Notes under the pieces: generated by a model
What the model was told of the DNA's origin: nothing
Seen by the model: only the letters and a program-made list of their open reading frames with translations
Databases searched by the model: none
Translations under genes and position numbers: made by a program
Assembly: GCA_017436345.1 (NCBI GenBank)
Contig: JAFSDH010000005.1
Coordinates: 11,783 to 75,782, forward strand
Direction: 5' to 3'
Source of the DNA: Bacilli bacterium
Lineage (GTDB): Bacteria > Bacillota_I > Bacilli_A > RF39 > UBA660
Length of the DNA stretch: 64,000 nucleotides
Shown: positions 1-10,447 of the stretch, one piece after another
How positions within the stretch are numbered: the first letter of the stretch is position 1
How the letters are laid out: the number at the start of each line of letters is the position of its first letter

Positions 1-540
1 TGTCCCAATAATTACATTATTGCTAAATGTTGCAAATACTCCTAATGTCCTATAATTACTTGGTTCTTTAAAAATTCTATAATCTTCAATTCCACAATTT
101 TTAAAATCTATCAACTCTTTTTCATTTATTTCTGGTTTCTTTCTATAATAGTGTGCTATATAAATACAATTAATTCCTTTGGTTTTTTCCCATAGTTCTT
201 TTAAAGTAATAGAATAATTATCAACATCATCTATTCCTTTGTTAATAATCTCGGCAAATTCTTTATATTGATTAGGATCGCATATAACAATCATATGTCC
301 ATTTTTTTCTGGTTGTTGATTTATATCTAATTCTATACCCGGCCATACCATTGTGTAATCCTTAACCGATTCTGCAAATTCTTCATATTGTTTTTTATCA
401 AATAAATTATGATTTGTTATGGCAACTATTTTAATATCTAAATCTTTCATATATTTTGCAAATGTTGTAACATCAACATTTCTATTTATACCATCCGACT
501 TTTTTGTTTTCTTTGTATGACAATGCAAATCTATCTTCAT
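1..540 (-). CDS. PHP-family phosphoesterase domain protein, 5' part only (possibly a Ppl-like PHP-NTPase defence protein)
   Basis: Not in the ORF track. ATG at 540 with RBS GAGG. Translates MKIDLHCHT...AITNHN...PGIELD...GHMIV...IAHY (PHP motifs) and stays open to the window edge. Confidence 0.8.
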   Translation of the reverse strand, partial: MKIDLHCHTKKTKKSDGINRNVDVTTFAKYMKDLDIKIVAITNHNLFDKKQYEEFAESVKDYTMVWPGIELDINQQPEKNGHMIVICDPNQYKEFAEIINKGIDDVDNYSITLKELWEKTKGINCIYIAHYYRKKPEINEKELIDFKNCGIEDYRIFKEPSNYRTLGVFATFSNNVIIGT

Positions 541-614
541 TACAATACCTCCTACTACTAAAAAAGCGCAATACAAAACCTAAAAATAATTTAAGCCTGT
601 ACTAGCGCCTTTTA

Positions 615-1790
615 TTATCTGTTTCCTTTTGCTCTATTATGCGTCTGACATAACATTTGACAATTATCTATTTCAGTAGATCCACCTTTACTCCATGCAG
701 TAACATGGTCTGCATCCATCTCTTTTAATTCCCATATTCTAACTTTGTTATTATCGTTACCTAATGCACATAATGGGCAATTACTTATTTCTTTTAATTT
801 AGCATCTTGAGTTTGTTTTTCATAAACTACTCTCTTAGTATTATCATCAAATACTCTAACATTCAATAATTTAGTATTTTGACAACCACCTAATATAAAT
901 TCGCATATACCTTTAGTATCTTGTACTTGAGGATCTGCATATAATTTACACAAAATTTCTGATACTTTATTAGAATCATACGAATTAGTATGATAAGTTT
1001 CATACAATCTTCCCCATTCAAGACCTCTCATATCTGATTTAACATCTTTAAATACTGAAGATACCCAATCAATTACACTAGTAAAATAACTTTTTAATTC
1101 TACAATATTTGTATCAAATCTATGTTGACTCATATAACTATCTATATTGGCTTTACTTACCCAATTTAATGCAGTAGCAAGATACTCTTGTCTATTTACA
1201 TCACCTTTTATATAAGCACTCCATTTTTGAATATTGGCATTTTGTGAATTGGAAAATTCTTCACGTGCCTTAGTTACAAAAGGGCCAGAATAAATTGCAT
1301 TTAATAATTCTTGACTATTTAATGGTACACCTACAATATTAATTGTTTTAAACCATTCTTTTATTTCTGATTCTTCTCCCTCACAAATATATATAGTTAA
1401 TTGAGAATTATATATTTTATCTTGTAAATCTTTAGCTAACCCATCAAAATACTGTTCCATACCATTCTTATCTTTTATAGCAAATTTATTAGTAATAAAT
1501 CTTCCAAAACTTGTTACTCTTTGTTGGCCATCAAGAATTTCATACTTATCTTCTCCTACTTTAACAAAATATAATAATCCTAATGGATAACCTTTTAATA
1601 GAGAATCAATAACTGCAACATCTCTTTTTCCATCTGCATATATATAATTTCTTTGGTATTCAGGTTGAATAGTTAATTTACCATTCCATCCAAATAATCC
1701 CTTACCTTCATATTCATTATATACAAATCCTTCACTTATATCTTTTACAGTTAAGTCAGTTTTAAGAATCGTTCTCATTTTTTCTTTCAC
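615..1790 (-). CDS. DUF262 (GmrSD/ParB-like) plus C-terminal HNH endonuclease
   Basis: PEYQRNY and LDGQQR DUF262 motifs. C-terminal CPLC..DADHV..GGST..NCQMLC..HN HNH motif. Confidence 0.85.
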   Translation of the reverse strand: MKEKMRTILKTDLTVKDISEGFVYNEYEGKGLFGWNGKLTIQPEYQRNYIYADGKRDVAVIDSLLKGYPLGLLYFVKVGEDKYEILDGQQRVTSFGRFITNKFAIKDKNGMEQYFDGLAKDLQDKIYNSQLTIYICEGEESEIKEWFKTINIVGVPLNSQELLNAIYSGPFVTKAREEFSNSQNANIQKWSAYIKGDVNRQEYLATALNWVSKANIDSYMSQHRFDTNIVELKSYFTSVIDWVSSVFKDVKSDMRGLEWGRLYETYHTNSYDSNKVSEILCKLYADPQVQDTKGICEFILGGCQNTKLLNVRVFDDNTKRVVYEKQTQDAKLKEISNCPLCALGNDNNKVRIWELKEMDADHVTAWSKGGSTEIDNCQMLCQTHNRAKGNR

Positions 1791-2859
1791 CTCTTTTAAA
1801 TCTAATTAAAATTCTAGCGTATATTTTTTTACCATCGATATAAGGATATCCAAAATTATATTCAGTCACTTTCGTAGTACACATAATTCCTATAATTTCA
1901 AACTGTTCAGGATTAAATTTATCTAAGAAAGTAATTGGAACTCCCATTATACCATCATAATCTGAAGGAATAGCATCAGTAAAAGGAATATCTATAGCAT
2001 CATAATTATCATATTTTTTATAACCTTTTTCCTTTATATCTTTGTGTTTGCTATATTTCAAATTATCATTCATTGTCATTAACTGTAATGGTTGATGCCT
2101 TCTACCATGTTCTAAATTTGTTAACCACAAACAACTATTAGTAGCAACAATTCTATTTCCTTCTGTATCTATTCTTGCTTCTGTTCCATATAGTTCATAA
2201 CCTTTAGGAACTATAAACCCTGATATCCATCTACCCATTCCATTTCCAAGCCAAACATTATTATTTTTAATATTCAAAAATATTTCTTGATAAGATATAC
2301 AATTTATATTGCCAATAATTAAAAATTGTTTTTGACCCTCTATTAACCAAGAAAAAAATTCTCTAAATAAACTAAATGGAGGATTAGTAATAACAATATC
2401 AGCTTCATCTCTCAACTTTATTACTTCTTCAGATCTGAAATCGCCATCACCATCTAAATATTTCCATTTTAAATCGTTAATATCAATCCTACCAGATTTA
2501 TTTTCATCTCTATCCAAAATAAATATTTTTCCATGTGACTTTGTTTTACTTTTATCAAATTGAGGAGCTTCAGATTCAAACAAAGTTAATTGATAAGGTT
2601 CATTTATTTTTTTACTTTCGTGCGCATAACTCGTACTTATTAGTTTCTTCAATCCAAATCTTTCAAAATTTTGAGCAAAAAATTTTGTAAAGTTAGACCA
2701 CTCTGGATCATCACAAGGTAGCAAAATTGTTTTCCCTTTAAAAACATCTGGATTATATTCTAAATATGCATTTACTTCTTTTTGAATATCTGAATACAAT
2801 GTATAAAATTCATCATTTTTAGCTTTTTTTGCTTTTGTCAAATCTTCCCTTTTAGGCAT
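1762..2859 (-). CDS. Adenine-specific DNA methyltransferase, EcoRI family
   Basis: [29 protein letters not shown] and GIMGVPITF motifs. Confidence 0.9.
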   Translation of the reverse strand: MPKREDLTKAKKAKNDEFYTLYSDIQKEVNAYLEYNPDVFKGKTILLPCDDPEWSNFTKFFAQNFERFGLKKLISTSYAHESKKINEPYQLTLFESEAPQFDKSKTKSHGKIFILDRDENKSGRIDINDLKWKYLDGDGDFRSEEVIKLRDEADIVITNPPFSLFREFFSWLIEGQKQFLIIGNINCISYQEIFLNIKNNNVWLGNGMGRWISGFIVPKGYELYGTEARIDTEGNRIVATNSCLWLTNLEHGRRHQPLQLMTMNDNLKYSKHKDIKEKGYKKYDNYDAIDIPFTDAIPSDYDGIMGVPITFLDKFNPEQFEIIGIMCTTKVTEYNFGYPYIDGKKIYARILIRFKRGERKNENDS

Positions 2860-2863
2860 AACA

Positions 2864-3520
2864 TCACTTCCTACTAACTAAAATTTTCTCTAATTTATGT
2901 TCTAATTGATATAAAGTATTTGAACCTGACAAATCGCCACCTAAATCTTCAAGAGCCGAATATAATATTTGACGTTTAGACGGATTTGAATTATTTGGAA
3001 CTTCTACATCATTTTCTTTTTCGTAAATACCTAATGTTCCATCTTCTTTTGTTTTTGAATAATAATCTTTGCCAGTTAAACTAGAATGAAATTGAATATT
3101 TTTGAAATGATGTCTATTTTTAGACAATGATAACGCCTCTTTTTCTTCTTCAATTTCCTCTTTTGTTTCTTTCCATAAATGTAATCGATCACTTGTACCA
3201 GTAACTTCTGCCATACTTTCAAATGCTGAATATATTTCCTCTGGTTTAATATGATAAAATTCTCTTACTCTTATCTTGTCTCCAATTTTTTCTTTACTTC
3301 TTAGTTCTGGATTTAAAGTATCAATAAAGTTGTGCAACTTTTTATCAGTTAGTCTTTCTGTTACATCAAATGTTGCATATATATGAAAAGAAAAAGGTAC
3401 TGCTTCAGAATTATTTAATTGTTTAACTCTTGCCTCAGCATCATCTGCATATCCTATTTTTACATATTCCGGAAAAGACGGATTTGTTAATATATAAATT
3501 TCACCACATTTTTGCTTCAT
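2864..3520 (-). CDS. GIY-YIG (T5orf172-like) nuclease domain protein
   Basis: GEIYILTNPSFPEYVKIG...RVKQL...REF pattern. Confidence 0.8.
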   Translation of the reverse strand: MKQKCGEIYILTNPSFPEYVKIGYADDAEARVKQLNNSEAVPFSFHIYATFDVTERLTDKKLHNFIDTLNPELRSKEKIGDKIRVREFYHIKPEEIYSAFESMAEVTGTSDRLHLWKETKEEIEEEKEALSLSKNRHHFKNIQFHSSLTGKDYYSKTKEDGTLGIYEKENDVEVPNNSNPSKRQILYSALEDLGGDLSGSNTLYQLEHKLEKILVSRK

Positions 3521-3763
3521 ATTTTCACACTCCTAAAGACATATATACAAATATATTATACCATATAATTTGACAATTTTTGGATTTTGTCACCAAATTA
3601 CATACCATTTTTTAACTTTTGCAAATACAACTATTTGAAATTTAGGGTTTGGGACATTTCCCACATACGAATTTCGTACGGGAGTACAAATTCAGTGCTG
3701 GCTAGACAATAAATATACTCCTACAAACAAAAAACACTACCATTTCTGATAGTGTTAATTTCT

Positions 3764-4063
3764 TTAATAATATCTTTTTAATCTTAATGGATTACTATTT
3801 TTTACTACTAAATTATATTTAATTTTTAATATTTCTTTTACCCTAGGTATAAGTTTATTCATATCACAGCTACAATTAAATACATCTATTGCAGAGTTAA
3901 TATGATTCCTTAAAGGACAATCTGATAAACAATGTCTACTATATCCATTTGCTAAATAGAATGCTACTAGTTCTGGAATAACATAATTATTTAAATATTC
4001 ATTAATATTGTTATAGAAAGGTAAATATATTTTTTCAAATTCTTTACCAGTTATATCACACAT
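3764..4063 (-). CDS. Hypothetical protein coupled to tnpV
   Basis: 99-aa ORF overlapping the end of tnpV, with a GGAG RBS. Confidence 0.6.
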   Translation of the reverse strand: MCDITGKEFEKIYLPFYNNINEYLNNYVIPELVAFYLANGYSRHCLSDCPLRNHINSAIDVFNCSCDMNKLIPRVKEILKIKYNLVVKNSNPLRLKRYY

Positions 4064-4418
4064 AGATATACTCCTTTAAAATAATTTCTTCTATTCTATT
4101 TTTTATATTATTCATTTTACCTATCCACAACATTTGATTATTATTTTTTAATTCTTCAGTAATATTTTCTTTTTCAGCCAGTTCTTTAATTAAACTTTGC
4201 TCTTTCTCCATAAGAGTAATATCAATATCATGTAAATATTCACTCAACTTATCTTTCATAAGTAATTCAATATATACCCCTCTTTTATTCTTCTTTAAAT
4301 ATTCTAGTTTAAGTAATCCATACTTTCCTATATTAAATCTTTCTTTATCTTCTAATCTTAAATCTGGTAATAAATAATCACCAACTTTTGTGTAACTAAT
4401 GCTCATAATTTTCCTCAT
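4056..4418 (-). CDS. tnpV: TnpV family transposon-encoded protein
   Basis: YTKVGDYLLPDL, GKYG, ITEELK..NQMLWIGKMNNIK..EEII motifs. Confidence 0.85.
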   Translation of the reverse strand: MRKIMSISYTKVGDYLLPDLRLEDKERFNIGKYGLLKLEYLKKNKRGVYIELLMKDKLSEYLHDIDITLMEKEQSLIKELAEKENITEELKNNNQMLWIGKMNNIKNRIEEIILKEYIYV

Positions 4419-4445
4419 TTCTTTCTATTTATTTAGCTTTAATTG

Positions 4446-4736
4446 TTATACATTTGTTACACAATGACTATCGCCACCTCCAGCATTTATATGATTAGAT
4501 AAAATAATAACATTAGGATCATTCCCAAAAGAATTATTCATTGTATTAAGTCTTTCACTACGAGTTAAAGTTCTATCAGTATCACGGGTAATAACTACAG
4601 GTACTCCTAACTCATTAAAACGATTATACATATATAAAGCCGCTTGTAAATTTAAATCAGATTCTTTTATATTCCCATTTACAGCACCAGGATCACTCCC
4701 ACCATGACCCGCATCAACAACAATTCTATAATCCAT
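4446..4736 (-). pseudogene. N-acetylmuramoyl-L-alanine amidase (Amidase_3) 5' part, interrupted after HINAGGGD
   Basis: MDYRIVVDAGHGGSDPGA...E...TR...SNHINAGGGD, then a foreign tail SHCVTNV and stop. AGGAGG RBS before ATG 4736. Confidence 0.85.
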
Positions 4737-4781
4737 AAAATAACCTCCTGAGATATCATATGAGTGTCTAGAGATATTGTG
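4697..4781. repeat. Copy 1 of the duplicated amidase 5' end, RBS and promoter (att-like)
   Basis: Near-identical to 11722-11805 over about 60 bp, with the upstream motif atattgtg conserved at the same offset. Confidence 0.9.
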
Positions 4782-4841
4782 CCAAAAAGTATAACTTAAC
4801 AATCTCACATGCATTATTAAAATCTTCTATCAAATCTAATA

Positions 4842-5121
4842 TTATTTTTTTATATCTAAATGGAAAGCAATCGCAAATCTAATAATACTGCTATTTTTTA
4901 TATCATTAAATCCACATCTAGTTAAATTAAATTTTTCTTTGAGATAAGCATCAGACTTATTACATATTAAACAATCATTTATATAAGCAATTTCTTCTTT
5001 TGATATAGTTTCATATAACTTTTTCAAAGGTTTCTTCTATATTATAATCTTTCACTTCATCTCTACTTAAAATAAAAGAATCTACATAAATTAATTGTTC
5101 ATTTACTTCACTTAAGTTCAT
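4842..5121 (-). pseudogene. Frameshifted ArpU-like transcriptional regulator
   Basis: RBS GGAGG and ATG 5121 give MNLSEV...ETFEKVI*. The overlapping frame continues KLYETISKEE..KSDAY...IKNSSIIRFAIAF, which resembles an ArpU C-terminus. Confidence 0.45.
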
Positions 5122-5431
5122 AGCTATCCCTCCATAAAAATAAAAAGAGAAAAATTAAAGATAATTAAATTCTCTCTTCATATGTTTAAATTATTAAATT
5201 TTTTATATTTATTTATCTCATATTATCACCTCAAAAAAAGTAAAATATAAATTAATTCATAATAATAGAATCAACTGATATCTTACTTTTTAAATTAGGT
5301 TATAATATTTAATAAAAAATACAACTCTCGCATTTTACTTAATTATACCACTTGACAAATCATTATCAAGAAAGATTCATGACAAGTTCATGTTAGTTTA
5401 TGTCATTTTCATGTCATTGAATGTAATTAGC

Positions 5432-5977
5432 CTAATTTAACATATTTTCAATATCGTTTATCTTATTATCAATATATAATTCAATCTCAGACAATATCAT
5501 ATCTATATCTTTAGATTCGACTAGTTTTTTTAAATATGCATATCTTTCATTAACAACATTTATGCCTTTATCACATAATTCAAATATGCCACTTATTTCA
5601 AAAAATTCCCCTTCTTCATCAATATATGACATACTTAATCCACATTCATATAAAAATATTTCTTTTTGTGGAAGTACATTATAGTTTTCTTCTAATTCAA
5701 TGGGTGTTAAATGTTTTATTTGAAACTTATATATTTTGAAACTATAATTTTCAACATTCACAATTTCTGATGAAAGAATAGAATAATTTATCTCTTTAAT
5801 ACTAACTTTATTATCTTTTTTATTTATATACCAATTCATTATATAATTTTCATCTTTAAAATCATGTTTAAAAAATAAACCATATAATTTAATAGATTTT
5901 TTATAAATTTTTTCAAATCGCTCATTTTTCATAACCAACTCCACATTTTCATTAAAATTGCATAACCACATCCCCAA
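5432..5977 (-). CDS. Hypothetical protein
   Basis: 181-aa ORF with a TATAAT at 5989-5994 upstream; start codon uncertain. Confidence 0.6.
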   Translation of the reverse strand: MGMWLCNFNENVELVMKNERFEKIYKKSIKLYGLFFKHDFKDENYIMNWYINKKDNKVSIKEINYSILSSEIVNVENYSFKIYKFQIKHLTPIELEENYNVLPQKEIFLYECGLSMSYIDEEGEFFEISGIFELCDKGINVVNERYAYLKKLVESKDIDMILSEIELYIDNKINDIENMLN

Positions 5978-6038
5978 TCGACACCACCATTATAAATACT
6001 TATAATAACTAACTAAAACCACTAAATTAGCGATTTTT

Positions 6039-6055
6039 GTAACTAATTTGGCTAC
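6039..6055. promoter_or_regulatory. 17-bp palindromic site, copy 1
   Basis: GTAACTAATTTGGCTAC; matches the sites at 9576 and 10431. Confidence 0.6.
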
Positions 6056-6080
6056 AAACAAAAAAGAGTATTTAATACTC

Positions 6081-7121
6081 TTAATTTTTTATTAATTTAA
6101 CTATATTAATTTTATAAATAATGAAAAAAAGTATAAACGCCACAAATAATAAAAGCATAATAAAATAAAGTAAACATCTAAAAATTATACTAATTGTTAT
6201 AATTAATTCACTAAAAACAATATATATAATAAATAAAATGAGAATAGTTGGTAATAATGATAATAATAATAATAACAATGAATAAAAAGTCATTAATAAC
6301 GAAATTCTAATATTTGAATAACCAACACTTTTCATAATCGCAATATCATATTTATTATCATAAATTATAATACAACCTGTAATAACAATAACTAAAAAAC
6401 AAAATATAGTTAATAAATTAGATAAATTTTGAAAAATACTACAAAAATTATAATACCTTTCAATTAATTGACTATTACTATCGTAAACTATTATATCGTA
6501 ATTTTCCAATAAATTAACACTAGTTAAAAACTCGTCTATATTTTCATAATCATTTATTTTAACCACTACTTCATTAACATCTTCCAAATTACTAATCTCA
6601 TTCATTAAATCATATGACATAAAAATAGGATAATCAATACTATGATATGAACTAAATCTACGCTCATTTGAATCATAGAATCCAACTATTTTCAATTCAT
6701 AAGTAACATCTTTTATATTTAATTTAATAACATCATTAAGCTTATATTTATTATTTTTTTGAACAATAATTTCATTTCTTGAATTAATATGCTTCCCATC
6801 AGTAAGAGGAATTAAACTATTATCTTCATATATATAATCATATATATCATCACTTACATATAGTAAAGGATAAAAATCTTCAATATTTTTTAAAACTTCA
6901 ATATCTTTTTTTATAGCAGCATATCCGTTTGCACTTCCAATAACTATATAGTTATGATCAATATTATCCAACTTAATTTTATTATATTTATTTTTAAATT
7001 CATTATTCAATCCTGAAACAACAATATAAAATATAGTCATTATACAAAAAATTATAATGGAAAATCTACACAACTTTTTTTTATTTAAAATATTTAAAAA
7101 TAAAAAACTATATTTCTTCAT
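6081..7121 (-). CDS. ABC transporter permease, FtsX/MacB-like
   Basis: One N-terminal TM, extracellular domain, three C-terminal TMs; DIAIMKSVGYS motif. Confidence 0.8.
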   Translation of the reverse strand: MKKYSFLFLNILNKKKLCRFSIIIFCIMTIFYIVVSGLNNEFKNKYNKIKLDNIDHNYIVIGSANGYAAIKKDIEVLKNIEDFYPLLYVSDDIYDYIYEDNSLIPLTDGKHINSRNEIIVQKNNKYKLNDVIKLNIKDVTYELKIVGFYDSNERRFSSYHSIDYPIFMSYDLMNEISNLEDVNEVVVKINDYENIDEFLTSVNLLENYDIIVYDSNSQLIERYYNFCSIFQNLSNLLTIFCFLVIVITGCIIIYDNKYDIAIMKSVGYSNIRISLLMTFYSLLLLLLSLLPTILILFIIYIVFSELIITISIIFRCLLYFIMLLLFVAFILFFIIYKINIVKLIKN

Positions 7122-8307
7122 CTACAAATCCACCGATTATAGAATTATCATTATTTTTTAAAGATATATATATAGATAATAAAGAAACAAATAGCACAAA
7201 TATAAAACTCATTAAAATTGAAAAATAAGAAATACATATAGGGCAACCAGTTTTTATATCTGCAATAAAAATATTATTTAAAACAATATAAATGATAAAA
7301 CAAATAAGAAGTGTTATTAAAAAGCTAATTATAGACAATATACAAGATTCTAAATAGTTAACTTTAATTAATTTTTTATCATCATAACCTAATGCCATAT
7401 ATATCAAATTATTCTTTTTATTATATTGAATAAATTTATTGTTATATACTAATAGAATAATGAAAGTAATAACCATAACAATTAAAGCAATAACAATTAA
7501 TACATTCACAATAAAGTCTACACCTGTTGTATCGATTTTTCCCAAGCTAACAACCAAATATCCCATATCAGAAATAATCTTTTGAGTATTGTCCAGTTCA
7601 TTTGTATTACTAACAACTACTATCGCAGAGTTAGAAAGGCCTATAGTACTACAATCCTCTTTTTCTGAGTCACATTCTTTTTTATATTGCTCAATCTCTT
7701 TTTTATATATTTCTAAAATATTATTTTGCGTAGTAAAACAAACATTATAATCACCATAAGTATATGAATTAACATCAAAAATTCCAATTATTTTATATTT
7801 TTCTTCATAATTTAATGATTTCAAAATAAAAGATTTATTCAAAAATTCATTTCCATCATGTAAATTATTTAAAAAAGATTTATCATAACTTTCAGAATCA
7901 GCACCCAAATAAAATTGTGATGGACATATCATTGTATATCTCTCTTCCTCATCAGAAAGATTATTCCCCTTTAATATTTTCAAATAATTATCAGGAACAC
8001 CAATTAAATTCAATGATTCACCTTTTTCAGTAGTAACATAATGACTATAAGAATTATAATCAGCAACATAATCAATATTTTCGATATCATTTAGTTCATC
8101 AATATTAGTTATATTATGCACTAATAAAATGCGATAATTAATATTACCATTAACTTGATTATCAATCAAATTTGTAAAAGTTTTAGAAAAACTTGAAACA
8201 ACTATAATTGTAGTCATCGAAATAACTAAAAGGAATATATTTAATATATTTATTTTTTTTTGCAAAAAACTTTTTTTAGCTAAAAATAAATAATATTTAA
8301 ATTTCAT
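7108..8307 (-). CDS. ABC transporter permease, FtsX/MacB-like
   Basis: Same topology as the neighbouring permease; IYMALGY motif. Confidence 0.8.
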   Translation of the reverse strand: MKFKYYLFLAKKSFLQKKINILNIFLLVISMTTIIVVSSFSKTFTNLIDNQVNGNINYRILLVHNITNIDELNDIENIDYVADYNSYSHYVTTEKGESLNLIGVPDNYLKILKGNNLSDEEERYTMICPSQFYLGADSESYDKSFLNNLHDGNEFLNKSFILKSLNYEEKYKIIGIFDVNSYTYGDYNVCFTTQNNILEIYKKEIEQYKKECDSEKEDCSTIGLSNSAIVVVSNTNELDNTQKIISDMGYLVVSLGKIDTTGVDFIVNVLIVIALIVMVITFIILLVYNNKFIQYNKKNNLIYMALGYDDKKLIKVNYLESCILSIISFLITLLICFIIYIVLNNIFIADIKTGCPICISYFSILMSFIFVLFVSLLSIYISLKNNDNSIIGGFVDEEI

Positions 8308-8983
8308 TTTTACTTTCCAAAAATTTACCTTTTCTCATATTAATAACAACATCAGCATATTCCTTAACAATATTATTATGACTAACAATAATAACACATT
8401 TGCCTTCTTCAGACATCTTTTTAAGTTTTTCTAAAATATATTTTTCATTTTCTTCATCCAAATTACCCGTTGGTTCATCAGCTAATATAATAGATGGATT
8501 ATTTGCAATTGCTCTAGCAATTGCAACTCTTTGCTGTTCACCACCACTTAATTCTTTAGGGTAATGATTTATACGTTCTCCTAAACTGACCTCACACAAA
8601 AGATCTTTTGATTTCTTTCTTAAATCAAGACTATTATAATCACCATTAATTAACATAGGTAACATGACATTTTCATAAGCTTTCATTGTGTTATTCAAAT
8701 AATAACTTTGAAAAATAAAACCTATTTTCCTATTTCGAAGTGCATTTTGTTCTTTCATAGTTATTTTACTAATATCTTTTCCATCAATATAAATCTTCCC
8801 AGAATCAATTTTATCTAAAAGACCTAAACATTGAACTAATGTACTTTTTCCACTACCGGAATGACCCATAATAGCATACATTTTTCCATATTCAAAATTA
8901 TATGATAAATTATTAATTGCCAAAATTAATTCTTCTTTTAAATGATACTTTTTAATAATATTATCAATACTAATCGCAATCAT
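8297..8983 (-). CDS. ABC transporter ATP-binding protein (LolD/MacB-type)
   Basis: GHSGSGKST, LSGGEQQR and ILADEPTGNLD motifs. Confidence 0.95.
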   Translation of the reverse strand: MIAISIDNIIKKYHLKEELILAINNLSYNFEYGKMYAIMGHSGSGKSTLVQCLGLLDKIDSGKIYIDGKDISKITMKEQNALRNRKIGFIFQSYYLNNTMKAYENVMLPMLINGDYNSLDLRKKSKDLLCEVSLGERINHYPKELSGGEQQRVAIARAIANNPSIILADEPTGNLDEENEKYILEKLKKMSEEGKCVIIVSHNNIVKEYADVVINMRKGKFLESKNEI

Positions 8984-9044
8984 AAAATCATCTCCCTATA
9001 TTATAATATAAGGAAGAAACCTTCCTTATATTATATACTGTATC

Positions 9045-9503
9045 CTATGTATAATTATAAATATCTGCTTCACCACTTAAAGAACCATATCCAGCACCAT
9101 CGTGTCCATATGTACTAAAACCAAAATATCTCTTTCCATCTCCACAGTTACCTGCATATATTTTCTTTAAAGTTCCAACTGAACTAACGTTAAAAGTAGT
9201 TGTTCCACTATACTTTGTTTGAGTCCCATATTTAATCCCCAATCTATATAATGGCCTAATTAATTCGACATATAATCGCACTTGACCAGGACTTAAATCC
9301 CCTTCTAAAAGCGTGCTTGGTGTAATATCAAGCCTATAATAATCATAATCATAAGTACGTTCTTTACCAATCAAAGTCGAGTTATGAGAAATATATATAG
9401 TACTATCATACCATCGACCATCTGCCTTAACTACAACTCCAGCAGTTAACATTAATATAAACGCAACAGCAAAAGTAATACTTCTTTTTAAAAGTTTATT
9501 CAT
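9045..9503 (-). CDS. Secreted protein of unknown function
   Basis: RBS AGGAGGTG and a Sec signal peptide ending VKA. Confidence 0.75.
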   Translation of the reverse strand: MNKLLKRSITFAVAFILMLTAGVVVKADGRWYDSTIYISHNSTLIGKERTYDYDYYRLDITPSTLLEGDLSPGQVRLYVELIRPLYRLGIKYGTQTKYSGTTTFNVSSVGTLKKIYAGNCGDGKRYFGFSTYGHDGAGYGSLSGEADIYNYT

Positions 9504-9575
9504 AAATTCACCTCCTTTCACCTATAACTCTAAAATAAAATTTAAAAAATTTACACCTATAAACCAGTTATTTTA

Positions 9576-9592
9576 GTAACCAATTTAGTTAC
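9576..9592. promoter_or_regulatory. 17-bp palindromic site, copy 2
   Basis: GTAACCAATTTAGTTAC. Confidence 0.6.
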
Positions 9593-9620
9593 AAAATAAA
9601 AAAGGATTAAAAAATCCTTT

Positions 9621-10337
9621 CTACCAGTTTCCTGACCAACTAACAGACGCAGTACTTATACTATCATAATAATTATAAACTGATGAATTTAAAACAATTC
9701 CAGAGGTATCAACAGAATACTGTTTAGCTTGATTAGCAGTTACACTACTTGTTGCGTGTGAATAATCACCATATGCTGTTTGCGAGTATAAAGTAGAATT
9801 ACTATTTTTCTCTACATTATAATAAAATGTAACTTGTAAAGTAACGAAATCACCTGTTGGTAGTTTGAATGACGCTCCTGCTCCATTTGAAAAAGATTGT
9901 TTTGTCGCTGTAGTTGTTGTTGTACAAGTTGATATCTCTGTACAATATTTTAAATTAAATGTAGGAGATCCAGCCATTTTTACACTACTATTATGACCAA
10001 TGCCTATAATATCATAACTTCTTACTTTAGGCATTTTTTTCCAATCTAAAACTACTTTATATCGATAATATGAGCCGTTACTCAAAATTGATGTAGTCAT
10101 TTTCTTATACTCAGTAGATATATAGCTAGAAATGCGAGGAGAAATTCCCTCATTAATATTAGAAAATTCATATTCTTCTTTTGAAATTTCTTCTGTATAA
10201 GAAGTAGAAAAATTAATTGTTGTGGTTTTAAAGTATTTTTCGTTAGATGACACAATTTCAAAATCTCCTTCGTCCGCAAAAGCTAAGGTAGGAATAGTAG
10301 CAAACATAGCTATCAATACAATTATTATTTTTTTCAT
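9621..10337 (-). CDS. Secreted Ser/Thr-rich beta-strand protein
   Basis: Signal peptide ending AFA; the mature region looks beta-rich. Confidence 0.75.
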   Translation of the reverse strand: MKKIIIVLIAMFATIPTLAFADEGDFEIVSSNEKYFKTTTINFSTSYTEEISKEEYEFSNINEGISPRISSYISTEYKKMTTSILSNGSYYRYKVVLDWKKMPKVRSYDIIGIGHNSSVKMAGSPTFNLKYCTEISTCTTTTTATKQSFSNGAGASFKLPTGDFVTLQVTFYYNVEKNSNSTLYSQTAYGDYSHATSSVTANQAKQYSVDTSGIVLNSSVYNYYDSISTASVSWSGNW

Positions 10338-10430
10338 TTTTTTCTCCTTTCAATTAGAAGTATTTACACCTTCTTACAAATTATATATTATATAAACAAT
10401 ATTTTTTATACCAACAAAATAGAGAAAAAA

Positions 10431-10447
10431 GTAACCAAATTGGTTAC
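10431..10447. promoter_or_regulatory. 17-bp perfect palindrome, copy 3
   Basis: GTAACCAA-A-TTGGTTAC, overlapping the stop codon of the XRE gene. Confidence 0.65.

Noticed and set aside
4737-4814. N-terminal extension of the amidase ORF given in the track
   Set aside because: The strong RBS and homology with the 11761 stub place the start at 4736.
6039-10447. 17-bp palindromes as integron attC sites
   Set aside because: They are too short, lack the attC inner stem, have no integrase nearby and keep a fixed spacing to -10 boxes, which fits operators better.
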